A stretch of DNA of 63,970 bases, from positions 1 through 63,970 of the forward strand of contig CAYFXA010000003.1 in NCBI GenBank assembly GCA_964347135.1, written 5' to 3'. The notes under the pieces were generated by a model. It did not search any database. It was not told the origin of the DNA and saw only the letters and a program-made list of their open reading frames with translations. Shown in pieces: positions 43,945 through 52,666 of the stretch. Origin of the DNA: an uncultured Gammaproteobacteria bacterium. Lineage in GTDB: Bacteria; Patescibacteriota; Microgenomatia; PFEM01; JAHIFH01. Positions within the stretch are counted from its first letter, which is position 1; each line of letters begins with the position of its first letter. A program made the translations under genes and the position numbers.

Positions 43945-43987
43945 TAAATCAATTCTAGCAAAAAGACACCCGAAGGTGTCTCTCTTG

Positions 43988-44350
43988 TGGAGATGGCCGG
44001 GTTGAACCGACGTCCGAAAAAAATTTCTAAAAACTTCTACAAGTTTAGCTAACTCTTGTTTGTCGTTTTAGCCTGATCCTGTTAGCCGGAAAGCTAAAAC
44101 CAAGACCAATTAATCCTTGGTTCAATTGGTTTAGTCGAACCAATTGAATTGTATCCTGACTAGGTTCACACCCATAGTTTCTCGTCAGGAGAAAAAACCA
44201 TAGATGCCATTTATGCTGAGGCGCCTTTAGGCGACAGCATAAAGAGGGGCAACATTTTTGTTGCCAATTATGTTTTGAAACCTTTTAGCGGCTTATTTCA
44301 GGCCGACTTGCCGTTTTTAAAGAACCCTTTCCGTCGAAACCTACATCCCC
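43988..44350 (-). ncRNA. ssrA: tmRNA (ssrA)
   Basis: The 5' end is GGGGATGTAGGTTTCGACGG. The 3' tRNA-like end is GGTTCAACCCGGCCATCTCCA. The candidate tag ORF at 44227-44265 is GGC AAC AAA AAT GTT GCC CCT CTT TAT GCT GTC GCC TAA (GNKNVAPLYAVA). Its stop sits in a hairpin loop (TGCTGTCGCC TAAA GGCGCCTCAGCA). Confidence 0.88.
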
Positions 44351-44787
44351 TTGTCTTTTAAAGCTTGTTCAATTTCTCTTTCTAAAGCCTTTCTTTTTTT
44401 CGCTTCTCTTTTATCGTATTTCTTTTTACCTCTTGCTAAAGCGATTTCTAGCTTGATTTTCCGAGCCTTAGTATAGCACGAAACAGGTATAACAGTCAAC
44501 TTTTTTTCCTTGGTTTGTTGGGTTAGTTTAAGAAGCTCATTTTTATGTAAAAGGAGTTTCCGACTGCGCTTTGGATCATAATCTCGATTGTCAGCAAAAG
44601 GGTAGGGGTTAATAAAGGCATTAAGTAGCCAGGCTTCGTTATCAATAATTTTAACAAAGCTCTCACTTAAACTCATTTTTCCTGCTTTAACCGACTTGAC
44701 CTCTGCCCCTGTTAAAACAATTCCTGCCTCAAACTTCTCCAGAAGATGATAGTCGTATCTTGCCCGCCGATTAATAATCTTTTTCAT
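44341..44787 (-). CDS. smpB: SsrA-binding protein
   Basis: 148 aa. NRRARYDY, GIVLTGAEVKS and the basic C-terminal tail fit SmpB. The stop overlaps the tmRNA 5' end by 10 nt. Confidence 0.95.
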   Translation of the reverse strand: MKKIINRRARYDYHLLEKFEAGIVLTGAEVKSVKAGKMSLSESFVKIIDNEAWLLNAFINPYPFADNRDYDPKRSRKLLLHKNELLKLTQQTKEKKLTVIPVSCYTKARKIKLEIALARGKKKYDKREAKKRKALEREIEQALKDKGM

Positions 44788-46721
44788 TTAATCTCAATAA
44801 CGAAAATTTGATTACCCGACAAAAGTAAAATCTTTTTCTCTTCCTCGGAAGCAACCAAACCAACAACATCACCCATTCCTTGCCAAAGATATTGGGAATG
44901 ATATTCGCCTGACTTATCAACCACCACTACTCGCGAATTGCCTTTATCAACAATATAAAGCCTTTCTTGGTCGTCATCAGTAAAAAGGGCAATGGGATTG
45001 CTTAAAGGCTGGTCTAAACCCGAAATAGCAAAAGGGTCTCTGCCTCCTTGGGTAAATTTAAAAATCGTTCCGTTAGATTTTAAAACCCAAACCGAACCAT
45101 CAATACTCATTGCCACCGCATCACTAAAATCAGGTTCCTCCCCTTTTAACCAGCGTCGGTAGGCTCCAAAACCACCCTCAATCCCGGGATACTTCCAAAC
45201 TTCTCCGTTTTTATCAAGTAAATAAAGATTGCCCCCAAAAGCGCGGAAATCAATGATTTCTCCCCATTCTTCATCAGCCTCTATAACTAATTTTTCCCGC
45301 TTGGTTTCTTTATCAAACTCCAAGATTCCTCTATCAGTGAGTAAATAAATTTTGGGCAAAAAGACGGCAACGTGTTGACCATCAGTCAAACTCTCTCCTC
45401 CTGCTAAAATGGCTGATTTCTTAGTGGCAATCTCCAAACTGTAAATCGTTTTTTTCTCCTTATCAAAAATCACTATTTCGCCTCCGGAAATAGCCAAATC
45501 ATCACCTTTAGCTCCATCTTTAATAAAAACCAAATCAAAGAAACTAGTGGGTTCAACCTCATGTTCGCGCATCACTAAAGAAAGTGATTGCTCCAACTCT
45601 TCTTGAAAATCAAAAACTGCCTGGGTAGCTTCTTCGTCACTAATTTCATTAATCAAATCTCTGGCTTCAAGTAACAATTGGCGAGCTCTAATCGGATTAA
45701 GATCAATTAAAGCATCCCCCTCCTCTTTTTTGATTTGGGCTTGTTTTAAGATAGCGGCCTGATCGCCACCCTCTTGGTGGCGGCTTCGTTGCCTGGCCCC
45801 CAAAACAACACTCACTACCAGTAAAATAAGGAGAATGGCAGCAACACTCATTAAAGTCTTTTTAGGTCTTTCTTTTTCTTTGTCTTCTTTGGCCAAGTAA
45901 ATTGCCCGCCGCTTCAGCCTTTTTCCTACTTTGAAAAAAAGTAATTGACCTAACCCCACTCCTCGATTTAGTAAACCAGTCAATTGCTGTCTAATGCCAA
46001 ACTTGAACCGCTGCCTTTCAAAAGTTGGTTTTTCCTCTGAGGGCTTTTCTTCTTGAGGAAGAATGGCTTTAGGCTCCTCTTCCGCCAAACTCTCTAGCTT
46101 TAAAACCACTGCTGCCGCTTGACCATCTTCTTTTCGGCCATGAATCATGGGAACTAAAGACTCTGCTGCTTCATTGGCTGAATCAACTGACAAAGCGGCT
46201 TTAATTGCTCCCTCAGCCAAAAAAGAAAAAAATTTCTGACTGCCTAAAAGAAAAACATCACCACTGGTCACCCGACCACTAGCAACTTCCACTTCAGCTT
46301 CTTTACCTGACAAAATAGTGGCAATTTTTCCTTTTCGCTGAACCAAAACTTTTCCTTTACCTGCAATGGCAAAATAAATTGTTTCTCCGATTAGAGCGGC
46401 GGCTTCTACTTCTAAGGCTGCCTCTTCCTTTGTTTCTTCCAATACTTGTTTTAAAGCCTTTTCCAATTGGTTAATCGCTTTTTCTTCCAAACCTCCGTAA
46501 TACTCCTCGTGAAGACGAGAAATTATTTCTCTCCCAGCAGCAACTACCTCTCCTTCGGTTAACTCAGAAAGACTAATCACCGCCAAAAATTGGCCTCTTT
46601 TGGCTAATTTTTCTTTTTCAGTAGGGGAAAAAGTGTGGACTTGAGACCAGGCTTCTTCAGTGGCGGTTCCCACAATCTTGGCAGTTTCAAGAAGGAATTT
46701 TTTCATCAGCTTAAAAAGCAA
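44784..46721 (-). CDS. hypothetical single-pass membrane protein with a C-terminal beta-propeller-like ectodomain
   Basis: 645 aa with a cytoplasmic N-domain, a TM helix (LMSVAAILLILLVVSVVLGA) and a repetitive beta-rich C-terminal half. Function not recognised. Confidence 0.45.
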   Translation of the reverse strand: MLFKLMKKFLLETAKIVGTATEEAWSQVHTFSPTEKEKLAKRGQFLAVISLSELTEGEVVAAGREIISRLHEEYYGGLEEKAINQLEKALKQVLEETKEEAALEVEAAALIGETIYFAIAGKGKVLVQRKGKIATILSGKEAEVEVASGRVTSGDVFLLGSQKFFSFLAEGAIKAALSVDSANEAAESLVPMIHGRKEDGQAAAVVLKLESLAEEEPKAILPQEEKPSEEKPTFERQRFKFGIRQQLTGLLNRGVGLGQLLFFKVGKRLKRRAIYLAKEDKEKERPKKTLMSVAAILLILLVVSVVLGARQRSRHQEGGDQAAILKQAQIKKEEGDALIDLNPIRARQLLLEARDLINEISDEEATQAVFDFQEELEQSLSLVMREHEVEPTSFFDLVFIKDGAKGDDLAISGGEIVIFDKEKKTIYSLEIATKKSAILAGGESLTDGQHVAVFLPKIYLLTDRGILEFDKETKREKLVIEADEEWGEIIDFRAFGGNLYLLDKNGEVWKYPGIEGGFGAYRRWLKGEEPDFSDAVAMSIDGSVWVLKSNGTIFKFTQGGRDPFAISGLDQPLSNPIALFTDDDQERLYIVDKGNSRVVVVDKSGEYHSQYLWQGMGDVVGLVASEEEKKILLLSGNQIFVIEIK

Positions 46722-46956
46722 GAAGAATAATCAAAAACAAACCAATAATCAACCCCAAATGAATCCAGGCAATAACTTTAATGGGTAGGTCAAAAGCGCC
46801 ATTTAAGGTTCGCGCCATCAAATTAACCTGGCGAATAACAATCACCCCAAAAGCTAAATAAAAGAACATCCCAAGAAGCAAAAGCGCTTTAAAAACCCAA
46901 TTGAAATTAAAACTAAGGGTTGTCAAGTATTCAATTAATTTTTCAAACGGTGTCAT
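46711..46956 (-). CDS. small two-helix membrane protein
   Basis: 81 aa. It overlaps both neighbours (4 nt and 11 nt). Confidence 0.45.
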   Translation of the reverse strand: MTPFEKLIEYLTTLSFNFNWVFKALLLLGMFFYLAFGVIVIRQVNLMARTLNGAFDLPIKVIAWIHLGLIIGLFLIILLAF

Positions 46957-47624
46957 CTTACCCTTCCATCTATTTTTTCTTGTTCTTCTTCAAGAATTAA
47001 TTGATTAAGAATTTTAATCACTTCTTCTGGTTTGGGAATAGCCTCAAAAATAAATTCCCTCTCTTCTCCAGCTGTCTGAATGTGGACATCACCAAAATTA
47101 AAAAGCGAACGAATAAAACCACCCATCTTAACGCTGATATCCTGAACCATATCAATTTTCGTGCTGGAAATATCTCGGTAGAGAATGCTAGGAAAATCAA
47201 TATCAATTACCCGCTCGTCAGTAACAATATTGACATTAAAAAACCACCTTAAAAATTGCTCAAAAGCATAAGAAAAAGTCAAAAGATACCAGACCAAACT
47301 GACTATCGTGCGAAAACGAAAGGAAGTAAAAAGATCTGAAGAAAATCTGAAAATTACACTCGGTAACAAAATCAAGATAATGGTAATGAATACCCATCTT
47401 ACATTAGTCACCAGATGACGCCTGGTTAAAAGAATGATTTTTTCCTCTTTATCCTGGGTATCAAAAGTAACTTTTCGGGGACGAATGAGCAAAGACGCCA
47501 AGGGGTTGGTAGTTCTCTTGGCTTTTAGTTCCTCAGCTACTGTTTTAACCTGAGCCGCTTTGGGCTTAATTTTTGGTTTCTTTGGCTTCTTTTCTTTTTC
47601 TTTGGCAACAAAAATATCTGGCAT
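46953..47624 (-). CDS. hypothetical membrane protein (two TM helices plus a PH-like C-domain)
   Basis: 223 aa with a basic N-terminus, two hydrophobic helices and a soluble C-terminal domain. The bPH2/YdbT-like guess is from topology only. Confidence 0.4.
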   Translation of the reverse strand: MPDIFVAKEKEKKPKKPKIKPKAAQVKTVAEELKAKRTTNPLASLLIRPRKVTFDTQDKEEKIILLTRRHLVTNVRWVFITIILILLPSVIFRFSSDLFTSFRFRTIVSLVWYLLTFSYAFEQFLRWFFNVNIVTDERVIDIDFPSILYRDISSTKIDMVQDISVKMGGFIRSLFNFGDVHIQTAGEEREFIFEAIPKPEEVIKILNQLILEEEQEKIDGRVR

Positions 47625-47639
47625 ATTAAGCTAATTTTA

Positions 47640-49334
47640 TCACTTTTCCTCAATATTAAACAACGGGCCAACGATTTGAATGTTAGCCGGAGCACGAAGA
47701 TTGAAAAAGTTTTTGAACTCAGGCCCCTCAAAGGTTTTTGTTCCTCCGTCACCAGAAATGGTTACTGCCGTTGTTCTTCCCAATCCTTTGTCCCAACCAA
47801 CGGAACCACTAGAAATACTGTTAAAAGAAGTAATGTCGCGATTTTCAAGTTCCTGCTTAACCCTACCCGCATCCCAAGTATCCACTCCATCAGGATTAGG
47901 CTTATCTACTTGGGGAAGATGTTTTTGGGTTGAAGAATCAGCCTTAGCTAAAAGCAAAACATTAACAATGTCAGCTACTTCCTCTGACTTAAGCCAAGCA
48001 GAACTGGCGTATTCTTTTCGCCAACCTTGAGCAGCATAAAAACAAGGTGAATCTCTATCATAAGCTTTTGATTGAAGGTCAGCAAAACTATCAACGCCAT
48101 CACTAGTATCTCGCATTCTTTTTGTCCAAGGTCTATGACTCCAGCCAACATCAGAAGAATAAAAAGTGTAGCCACCCGCGGTTGAAGCATACCAAGCGGT
48201 AATTGGCTGACCGCTGTGAACCGCGACCTCACCTTCGGTTGCTTTTACGGCTGCTTCCCAATTGCCTCCTTTGTTACCACCTTTGTAAACCTGACATTGC
48301 TGGGTGGTACAAATTTCCTTGGCACCGTTATCCGTATAGGCCAAGGCATAGGACCGAGCCGCCACTGCCTGAGCCTTTTGGGCTTCAGCAGGCCAGCTTT
48401 CAGGCATCTCATAAATGCCTAGCAAATATTGCTCCAAAGACATTTCGCCGTAGCCCTGAACCTTGATATTGATATTGGCGCGCTTTTCAATAGAAATTCC
48501 TTCATAATAAGCATTAAGAATGTCGCGATAAGACTGGCCGGCTTTGGCTCGACCATAAGCCCCATACTGATTCATTCCTACCCGATGAGGAATACCATAA
48601 GTGTAAAAGGCAAAAGCAGGACCAAAGCCTGGGTCTCTTTCTCGGTCATCAACACAAAACAAGGGACCAGCTCCTAAAGTAGTGGGAAGATTCAAACTAG
48701 CCAGTTTTTGAGCTAATAATTGTTGCTGTTTAGCGGTTAAAGAAGCAATAGCAGATTCCACTTTCTCTACCTCTCCTTCTAAGAAGGTGGCGCGCTCATC
48801 AACTTGTTTTTGGAGTTGAGAAAGACTGGTTTGAGTTCTTTCAAGAACATCCTTATCTTCTCCAAGTTTTTTCAAATCAGAAGAAATTTGAACAATCATC
48901 AGTCGGTCTTGATTAACCACTTTAAGACGAAAGGCAAGTTCTCGGGCAAGTTCTTGAGCACTAGCAGAAGAAAGAAATAAAAGAAGGGGTGAAGATTTCT
49001 GACTTTCGATATAGTAACTTCTTACCTTGGCAGCCAAAAGCTCCTCTTGAAAAGCGAGGTCAACTTCTCTTTCAAGAATACTAACTTCCAGTTGCTTTAA
49101 ACTCATCCCAATCGCATCAAGCCTTTTTTGAATATCAGCCAATTGAGTTTTGAGGTTAGCGAGTTCAGCTTTGTTGCGTTCATGAGCAGGTTTTAAGGCA
49201 TCAATAATTTTCTGGATTTCGCCAATTTGACAATCATAGTCGCTTTCTGGACAGGCGGCTCGGACAATTAAAACAGAAGAAAAAATGAATAAAAGAAAAA
49301 TTCCTAATCCTGCCAACCCCTTAGCCTTTTTCAT
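47640..49334 (-). CDS. SpoIID/LytB-domain peptidoglycan-remodelling protein with an N-terminal coiled coil
   Basis: 564 aa with a signal/TM helix and a long heptad-like region. SpoIID motifs are AQAVAARSYA, CTTQQCQVYKG and YASTAGGYT. Confidence 0.78.
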   Translation of the reverse strand: MKKAKGLAGLGIFLLFIFSSVLIVRAACPESDYDCQIGEIQKIIDALKPAHERNKAELANLKTQLADIQKRLDAIGMSLKQLEVSILEREVDLAFQEELLAAKVRSYYIESQKSSPLLLFLSSASAQELARELAFRLKVVNQDRLMIVQISSDLKKLGEDKDVLERTQTSLSQLQKQVDERATFLEGEVEKVESAIASLTAKQQQLLAQKLASLNLPTTLGAGPLFCVDDRERDPGFGPAFAFYTYGIPHRVGMNQYGAYGRAKAGQSYRDILNAYYEGISIEKRANINIKVQGYGEMSLEQYLLGIYEMPESWPAEAQKAQAVAARSYALAYTDNGAKEICTTQQCQVYKGGNKGGNWEAAVKATEGEVAVHSGQPITAWYASTAGGYTFYSSDVGWSHRPWTKRMRDTSDGVDSFADLQSKAYDRDSPCFYAAQGWRKEYASSAWLKSEEVADIVNVLLLAKADSSTQKHLPQVDKPNPDGVDTWDAGRVKQELENRDITSFNSISSGSVGWDKGLGRTTAVTISGDGGTKTFEGPEFKNFFNLRAPANIQIVGPLFNIEEK

Positions 49335-49372
49335 TTCCTCTCAAGTATATCACAGCCATTATTCAGCCCATA

Positions 49373-49402
49373 TTGCGCGTCACAAAATATTTGTGCTAGA
49401 CT
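49373..49402 (+). promoter_or_regulatory. promoter TTGCGC-18-TGCTAGACT, 7 nt upstream of the pilin-1 ATG
   Basis: TAGACTGGATTTGATG (49397-49412) is nearly identical to TAGACTGAATTTGATG upstream of pilin-3. Confidence 0.45.
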
Positions 49403-49409
49403 GGATTTG

Positions 49410-49757
49410 ATGAAAAAAGTCCTTTTATCATTTTTGTTAATTTTCCTCTTTACTTCCCCATTAACCTCAAACGCCCTCGCTGCTGAATGCGTTCCTACTG
49501 CCATTGGTTGCATTGATATCAGTGGCCCCAGTGAGTTTGTTGATACCATCCTAAGATTAGCCATTGGTTTGGCTGGAGGAATTGCTATGCTTCTAATTAT
49601 TTTTGGTGGGATTCAAATCTTAACCTCAGCCGGCAATCCTGAAAGGGTTAAGGCAGGAAAAGAAATGATTACTTCTGCCATCGCCGGTTTACTTTTAATT
49701 ATTTTTTCTGTCTTTATTTTGCGTATAATTGGAGTGCAAATACTAGATATTTTTTAA
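49410..49757 (+). CDS. T4SS pilin-like protein 1 (VirB2/TrbC-type)
   Basis: It has the ATG at 49410 and a signal peptide (MKKVLLSFLLIFLFTSPLTSNALA). The layout is helix-loop-helix, LAGGIAMLLIIFGGIQILTSAGNPERVKAGKEMITSAIAGLLLIIFS. Confidence 0.65.
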   Translation: MKKVLLSFLLIFLFTSPLTSNALAAECVPTAIGCIDISGPSEFVDTILRLAIGLAGGIAMLLIIFGGIQILTSAGNPERVKAGKEMITSAIAGLLLIIFSVFILRIIGVQILDIF

Positions 49758-49758
49758 A

Positions 49759-50070
49759 ATGAAAAAACTAGCTTTAGATCTTCCCGGTGGATACAGCATT
49801 TCGGAACCAGAGGGGTTCAAGTTTGTTGGAGGAAATATTGGTGAAATTATCAACGCTTTGGTTCCCTATATTTTTGCTTTAGCTGGCTTAGTTTTGCTTC
49901 TTATCCTCATCTGGGGCGGCTTTGAAATGATGACTTCTGCTGGTGACCCGAAGAAAATGGAATCGGCCAAAGGAAAGCTAACCAATGCCGTGGCTGGCTT
50001 CATTATTATCTTTGTTGCTTTTTGGCTGGTCCAAATTTTGGAAGTTATTTTCGGGTTGACGATTTTTTAG
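49759..50070 (+). CDS. T4SS pilin-like protein 2
   Basis: 103 aa. LAGLVLLLILIWGGFEMMTSAGDPKKMESAKGKLTNAVAGFIIIFVAFW. The 3' end overlaps convergent uppS by 26 nt. Confidence 0.65.
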   Translation: MKKLALDLPGGYSISEPEGFKFVGGNIGEIINALVPYIFALAGLVLLLILIWGGFEMMTSAGDPKKMESAKGKLTNAVAGFIIIFVAFWLVQILEVIFGLTIF

Positions 50071-50818
50071 AAGGTTTTTTATATACTTCGAATTCGCCTC
50101 CGCCAAAACGCCGAGTCCTTTTTTGATACTCAATAATGGCTTTATCCAGTTTATGAGGAGTGAAAGATGGCCAAAGAGTTTCGGTAAAATAAAGTTCGCT
50201 GTAGGACATCTGCCACAAAAGAAAATTGGAAAGCCTTTTTTCTCCTCCGGTGCGAATAATTAAATCAGGATCAGGCTCACCATTGGTGTAAAGAAAGGTG
50301 CCAAACATTCTTTCATTAATTTTTTCTGGAGGAATTTCTTGATCAATGATTTGCTTGATTGCCATTAAAATCTCGTCCCGACCCCCATAGTTCAAAGCCA
50401 CATTCACTTTTAATCTTTCGTGTTTTATAACAATGGCAAGCATCTCTTTGATGGCCTTAACCACTTTTCGAGGAAAAGCTTGAAAATCACCCAAAACCGC
50501 TAGTTTGACACCTTTTTCTTTGTACTCTTCTTTCCTTTCCTCAACCGCCCTAGTTAAAAGTTTAAATAATCCTTCCACTTCTTTTTTTGCCCTTTTCTTC
50601 CAGTTCTCGGTTGATAAAGCGTAAATCGTTAAAGTTTCCACCCCTAAATCCAAACAGTGCTCAACAATCTTAACCAAAGCCTTAACACCTGCCTCATGAC
50701 CCTGCATCGGCGTCAATCCTTTTTTAGCTGCCCAACGACGATTACCATCCATGATAATGCCAATATGCTTGGGAATTTTTTTCTTATCGAGTTTTGGTCT
50801 AGAAGTTTTCCTCGCCAT
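50045..50818 (-). CDS. uppS: isoprenyl transferase (undecaprenyl-diphosphate synthase family)
   Basis: 257 aa. Motifs are GIIMDGNRRWA, ALSTENW and RTGGEKRLSNFLLWQ. Confidence 0.9.
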   Translation of the reverse strand: MARKTSRPKLDKKKIPKHIGIIMDGNRRWAAKKGLTPMQGHEAGVKALVKIVEHCLDLGVETLTIYALSTENWKKRAKKEVEGLFKLLTRAVEERKEEYKEKGVKLAVLGDFQAFPRKVVKAIKEMLAIVIKHERLKVNVALNYGGRDEILMAIKQIIDQEIPPEKINERMFGTFLYTNGEPDPDLIIRTGGEKRLSNFLLWQMSYSELYFTETLWPSFTPHKLDKAIIEYQKRTRRFGGGEFEVYKKPSKKSSTRK

Positions 50819-50839
50819 GTCGAACGTATTGTACCACGC

Positions 50840-51901
50840 CTAACTCTCTCGCTCAATCATAAAGTCAGCCATATTCGAAAGAGTGTCCACCAATTTAGGA
50901 TTTTGAGTGATTTGAGGAATAAATTTCTTTCCTTTTTCAACCAACCTTCTTGCCATTTTTTGGGAATAATCTAAAGCGCCAGTTTCCTGAGTAATCTTCC
51001 TTACCCTATTAAGTTCTCTTTTGGTCAAGTCTTTGTTCCCATAGGCATTCCTAATGAATTTCTTATCCTCGCCTTTTGCTAATTCCAAAGCTTTAAGATG
51101 AAGAAGGGTAATTTTGTTCTCTTTAACATCACTGCCTATTGGTTTTCCCAAAGTTTTCTCATCGGAAAAAAGTCCCAATTCATCATCTCGAATCTGAAAG
51201 GCAATCCCTACTGGTAAACCATATTTTTCGATTTTTTTAACCTCTTTCTCGTCTGCTCCAGCAAATAAGGCTCCATACTGTAAGGGGCCAGTAATAGTGT
51301 AGTTAGCAGCTTTATAATGATGAACCCTTAAAACATCCTCTTCTGATAGTTTATCCTCGAGTTCATAAGTAAGATCAAGAGCCTGCCCATAAGCAGTGCT
51401 TAATATTTGGTTACTAAAAGCTCTTAATACTCTTGTCTTCACCTTATCACTAAAATCAGAATCGCTCAAAAGAAGATAAGAAAGGGCAAAACCAATATCT
51501 CCCATATCCATTGCCATACTAAGACCGTAGTGATCTCCTTCTCCTTTTTTATATCGTTTCTTATGAAAGTTCTCGTACTGAACATGAATAGTTGGCATTT
51601 TTCTTCTAAGAATATCTCTATCCATAATGTCGTCATGAATCAAAATCCAGGTATGCGTAATCTCAACCATTAAGGAAGCTTTTAAAATCGCTTTTCCGTT
51701 CTTGCTATTAAAGCATTCATAACCTAGTTTAGTTAAACTCCCCCGAATGTTCTTTCCTCCCATATACTTGCGGTAAATTCGCATCATTTCTGCGGTTATT
51801 GGCGAAATCTTGGCCGCCTCTTTTTTTTGGGTTTTGAAAAAAGAATCCAAAATTGGTTCTGTTTTCTTAATATAGTCTTCAAGATAAGCCTTGGCTTGCA
51901 T
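50840..51901 (-). CDS. trans-polyprenyl diphosphate synthase (FPP/GGPP synthase family)
   Basis: Start moved to the ATG at 51901 (MQAKAYLEDY). The first Asp-rich motif is LIHDDIMD and the second is QIRDDELG. Confidence 0.85.
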   Translation of the reverse strand: MQAKAYLEDYIKKTEPILDSFFKTQKKEAAKISPITAEMMRIYRKYMGGKNIRGSLTKLGYECFNSKNGKAILKASLMVEITHTWILIHDDIMDRDILRRKMPTIHVQYENFHKKRYKKGEGDHYGLSMAMDMGDIGFALSYLLLSDSDFSDKVKTRVLRAFSNQILSTAYGQALDLTYELEDKLSEEDVLRVHHYKAANYTITGPLQYGALFAGADEKEVKKIEKYGLPVGIAFQIRDDELGLFSDEKTLGKPIGSDVKENKITLLHLKALELAKGEDKKFIRNAYGNKDLTKRELNRVRKITQETGALDYSQKMARRLVEKGKKFIPQITQNPKLVDTLSNMADFMIERES

Positions 51902-51941
51902 CGAAAAGAGTATAGCGGAAACTCTTCTAAGTTGCAAAAAG

Positions 51942-51971
51942 TTGACAGAGGGAATTTGATATTGATAGACT
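51942..51971 (+). promoter_or_regulatory. sigma70 promoter TTGACA-18-TAGACT, 7 nt upstream of the pilin-3 ATG
   Basis: TTGACAGAGGGAATTTGATATTGATAGACTGAATTTGATG. There is no room for an SD. Confidence 0.55.
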
Positions 51972-51978
51972 GAATTTG

Positions 51979-52305
51979 ATGCAAAAATTGGCCTTCAATA
52001 TTGGCGAAGCGCTTTTTGGAGAACACTCCGGTTTAACACCTTCAATGACTTTGGGCAGCATTATTTCCAATGTCCTGCCAAACATCTATATCTTGGCGGG
52101 GGTGATTCTCTTTTTTTTCCTGATTGGCGGAGGGCTAATGTTCATTTTTAGTGCTGGTCAAGAAAACCCGGAAGGAGCAGCCCAAGGGAAAAAAGCGATT
52201 ACGGGTGCTTTAATTGGTTTCTTGATTATTTTTGCTAGTTATTGGATAATCCAAATAATAGAGTTCGTTACCGGAGTTAATATTTTCGAACCCGGAGGAT
52301 TTTAA
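51979..52305 (+). CDS. T4SS pilin-like protein 3
   Basis: It has the ATG at 51979. LAGVILFFFLIGGGLMFIFSAGQENPEGAAQGKKAITGALIGFLIIFASYW. Confidence 0.65.
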   Translation: MQKLAFNIGEALFGEHSGLTPSMTLGSIISNVLPNIYILAGVILFFFLIGGGLMFIFSAGQENPEGAAQGKKAITGALIGFLIIFASYWIIQIIEFVTGVNIFEPGGF

Positions 52306-52309
52306 TAAA

Positions 52310-52666
52310 ATGCTTGATATTTTTGGCACCATTAGAAATCCTTTAGAAATCATTAATCCTGAGAGACATTATGGTGGCATCACTCAAGCTGAAGGGCGAG
52401 GGTTAATAGATTTTTTAAACAACGTTGTCCGTCTTTTAATTGTGGTTGGCGGTTTGTTCGCTTTCTTTAATCTCATCATCGCTGGATACGGGTTTTTAAG
52501 TGCTGGTGATGATCCCAAAAAAATGGCAGCGGCATGGGCAAGAATCTGGCAATCATTGATGGGGCTTTTGTTTATTGTTGGTGCTTTTGTTTTAGCAGGA
52601 ATTTTTGGTTATCTTTTGTTTGGAGACGCCAGAGCGATCCTTTATCCTAAAATCTACGGACCATGA
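52310..52666 (+). CDS. T4SS pilin-like protein 4
   Basis: 118 aa. VGGLFAFFNLIIAGYGFLSAGDDPKKMAAAWARIWQSLMGLLFIVGAF. Confidence 0.6.
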   Translation: MLDIFGTIRNPLEIINPERHYGGITQAEGRGLIDFLNNVVRLLIVVGGLFAFFNLIIAGYGFLSAGDDPKKMAAAWARIWQSLMGLLFIVGAFVLAGIFGYLLFGDARAILYPKIYGP

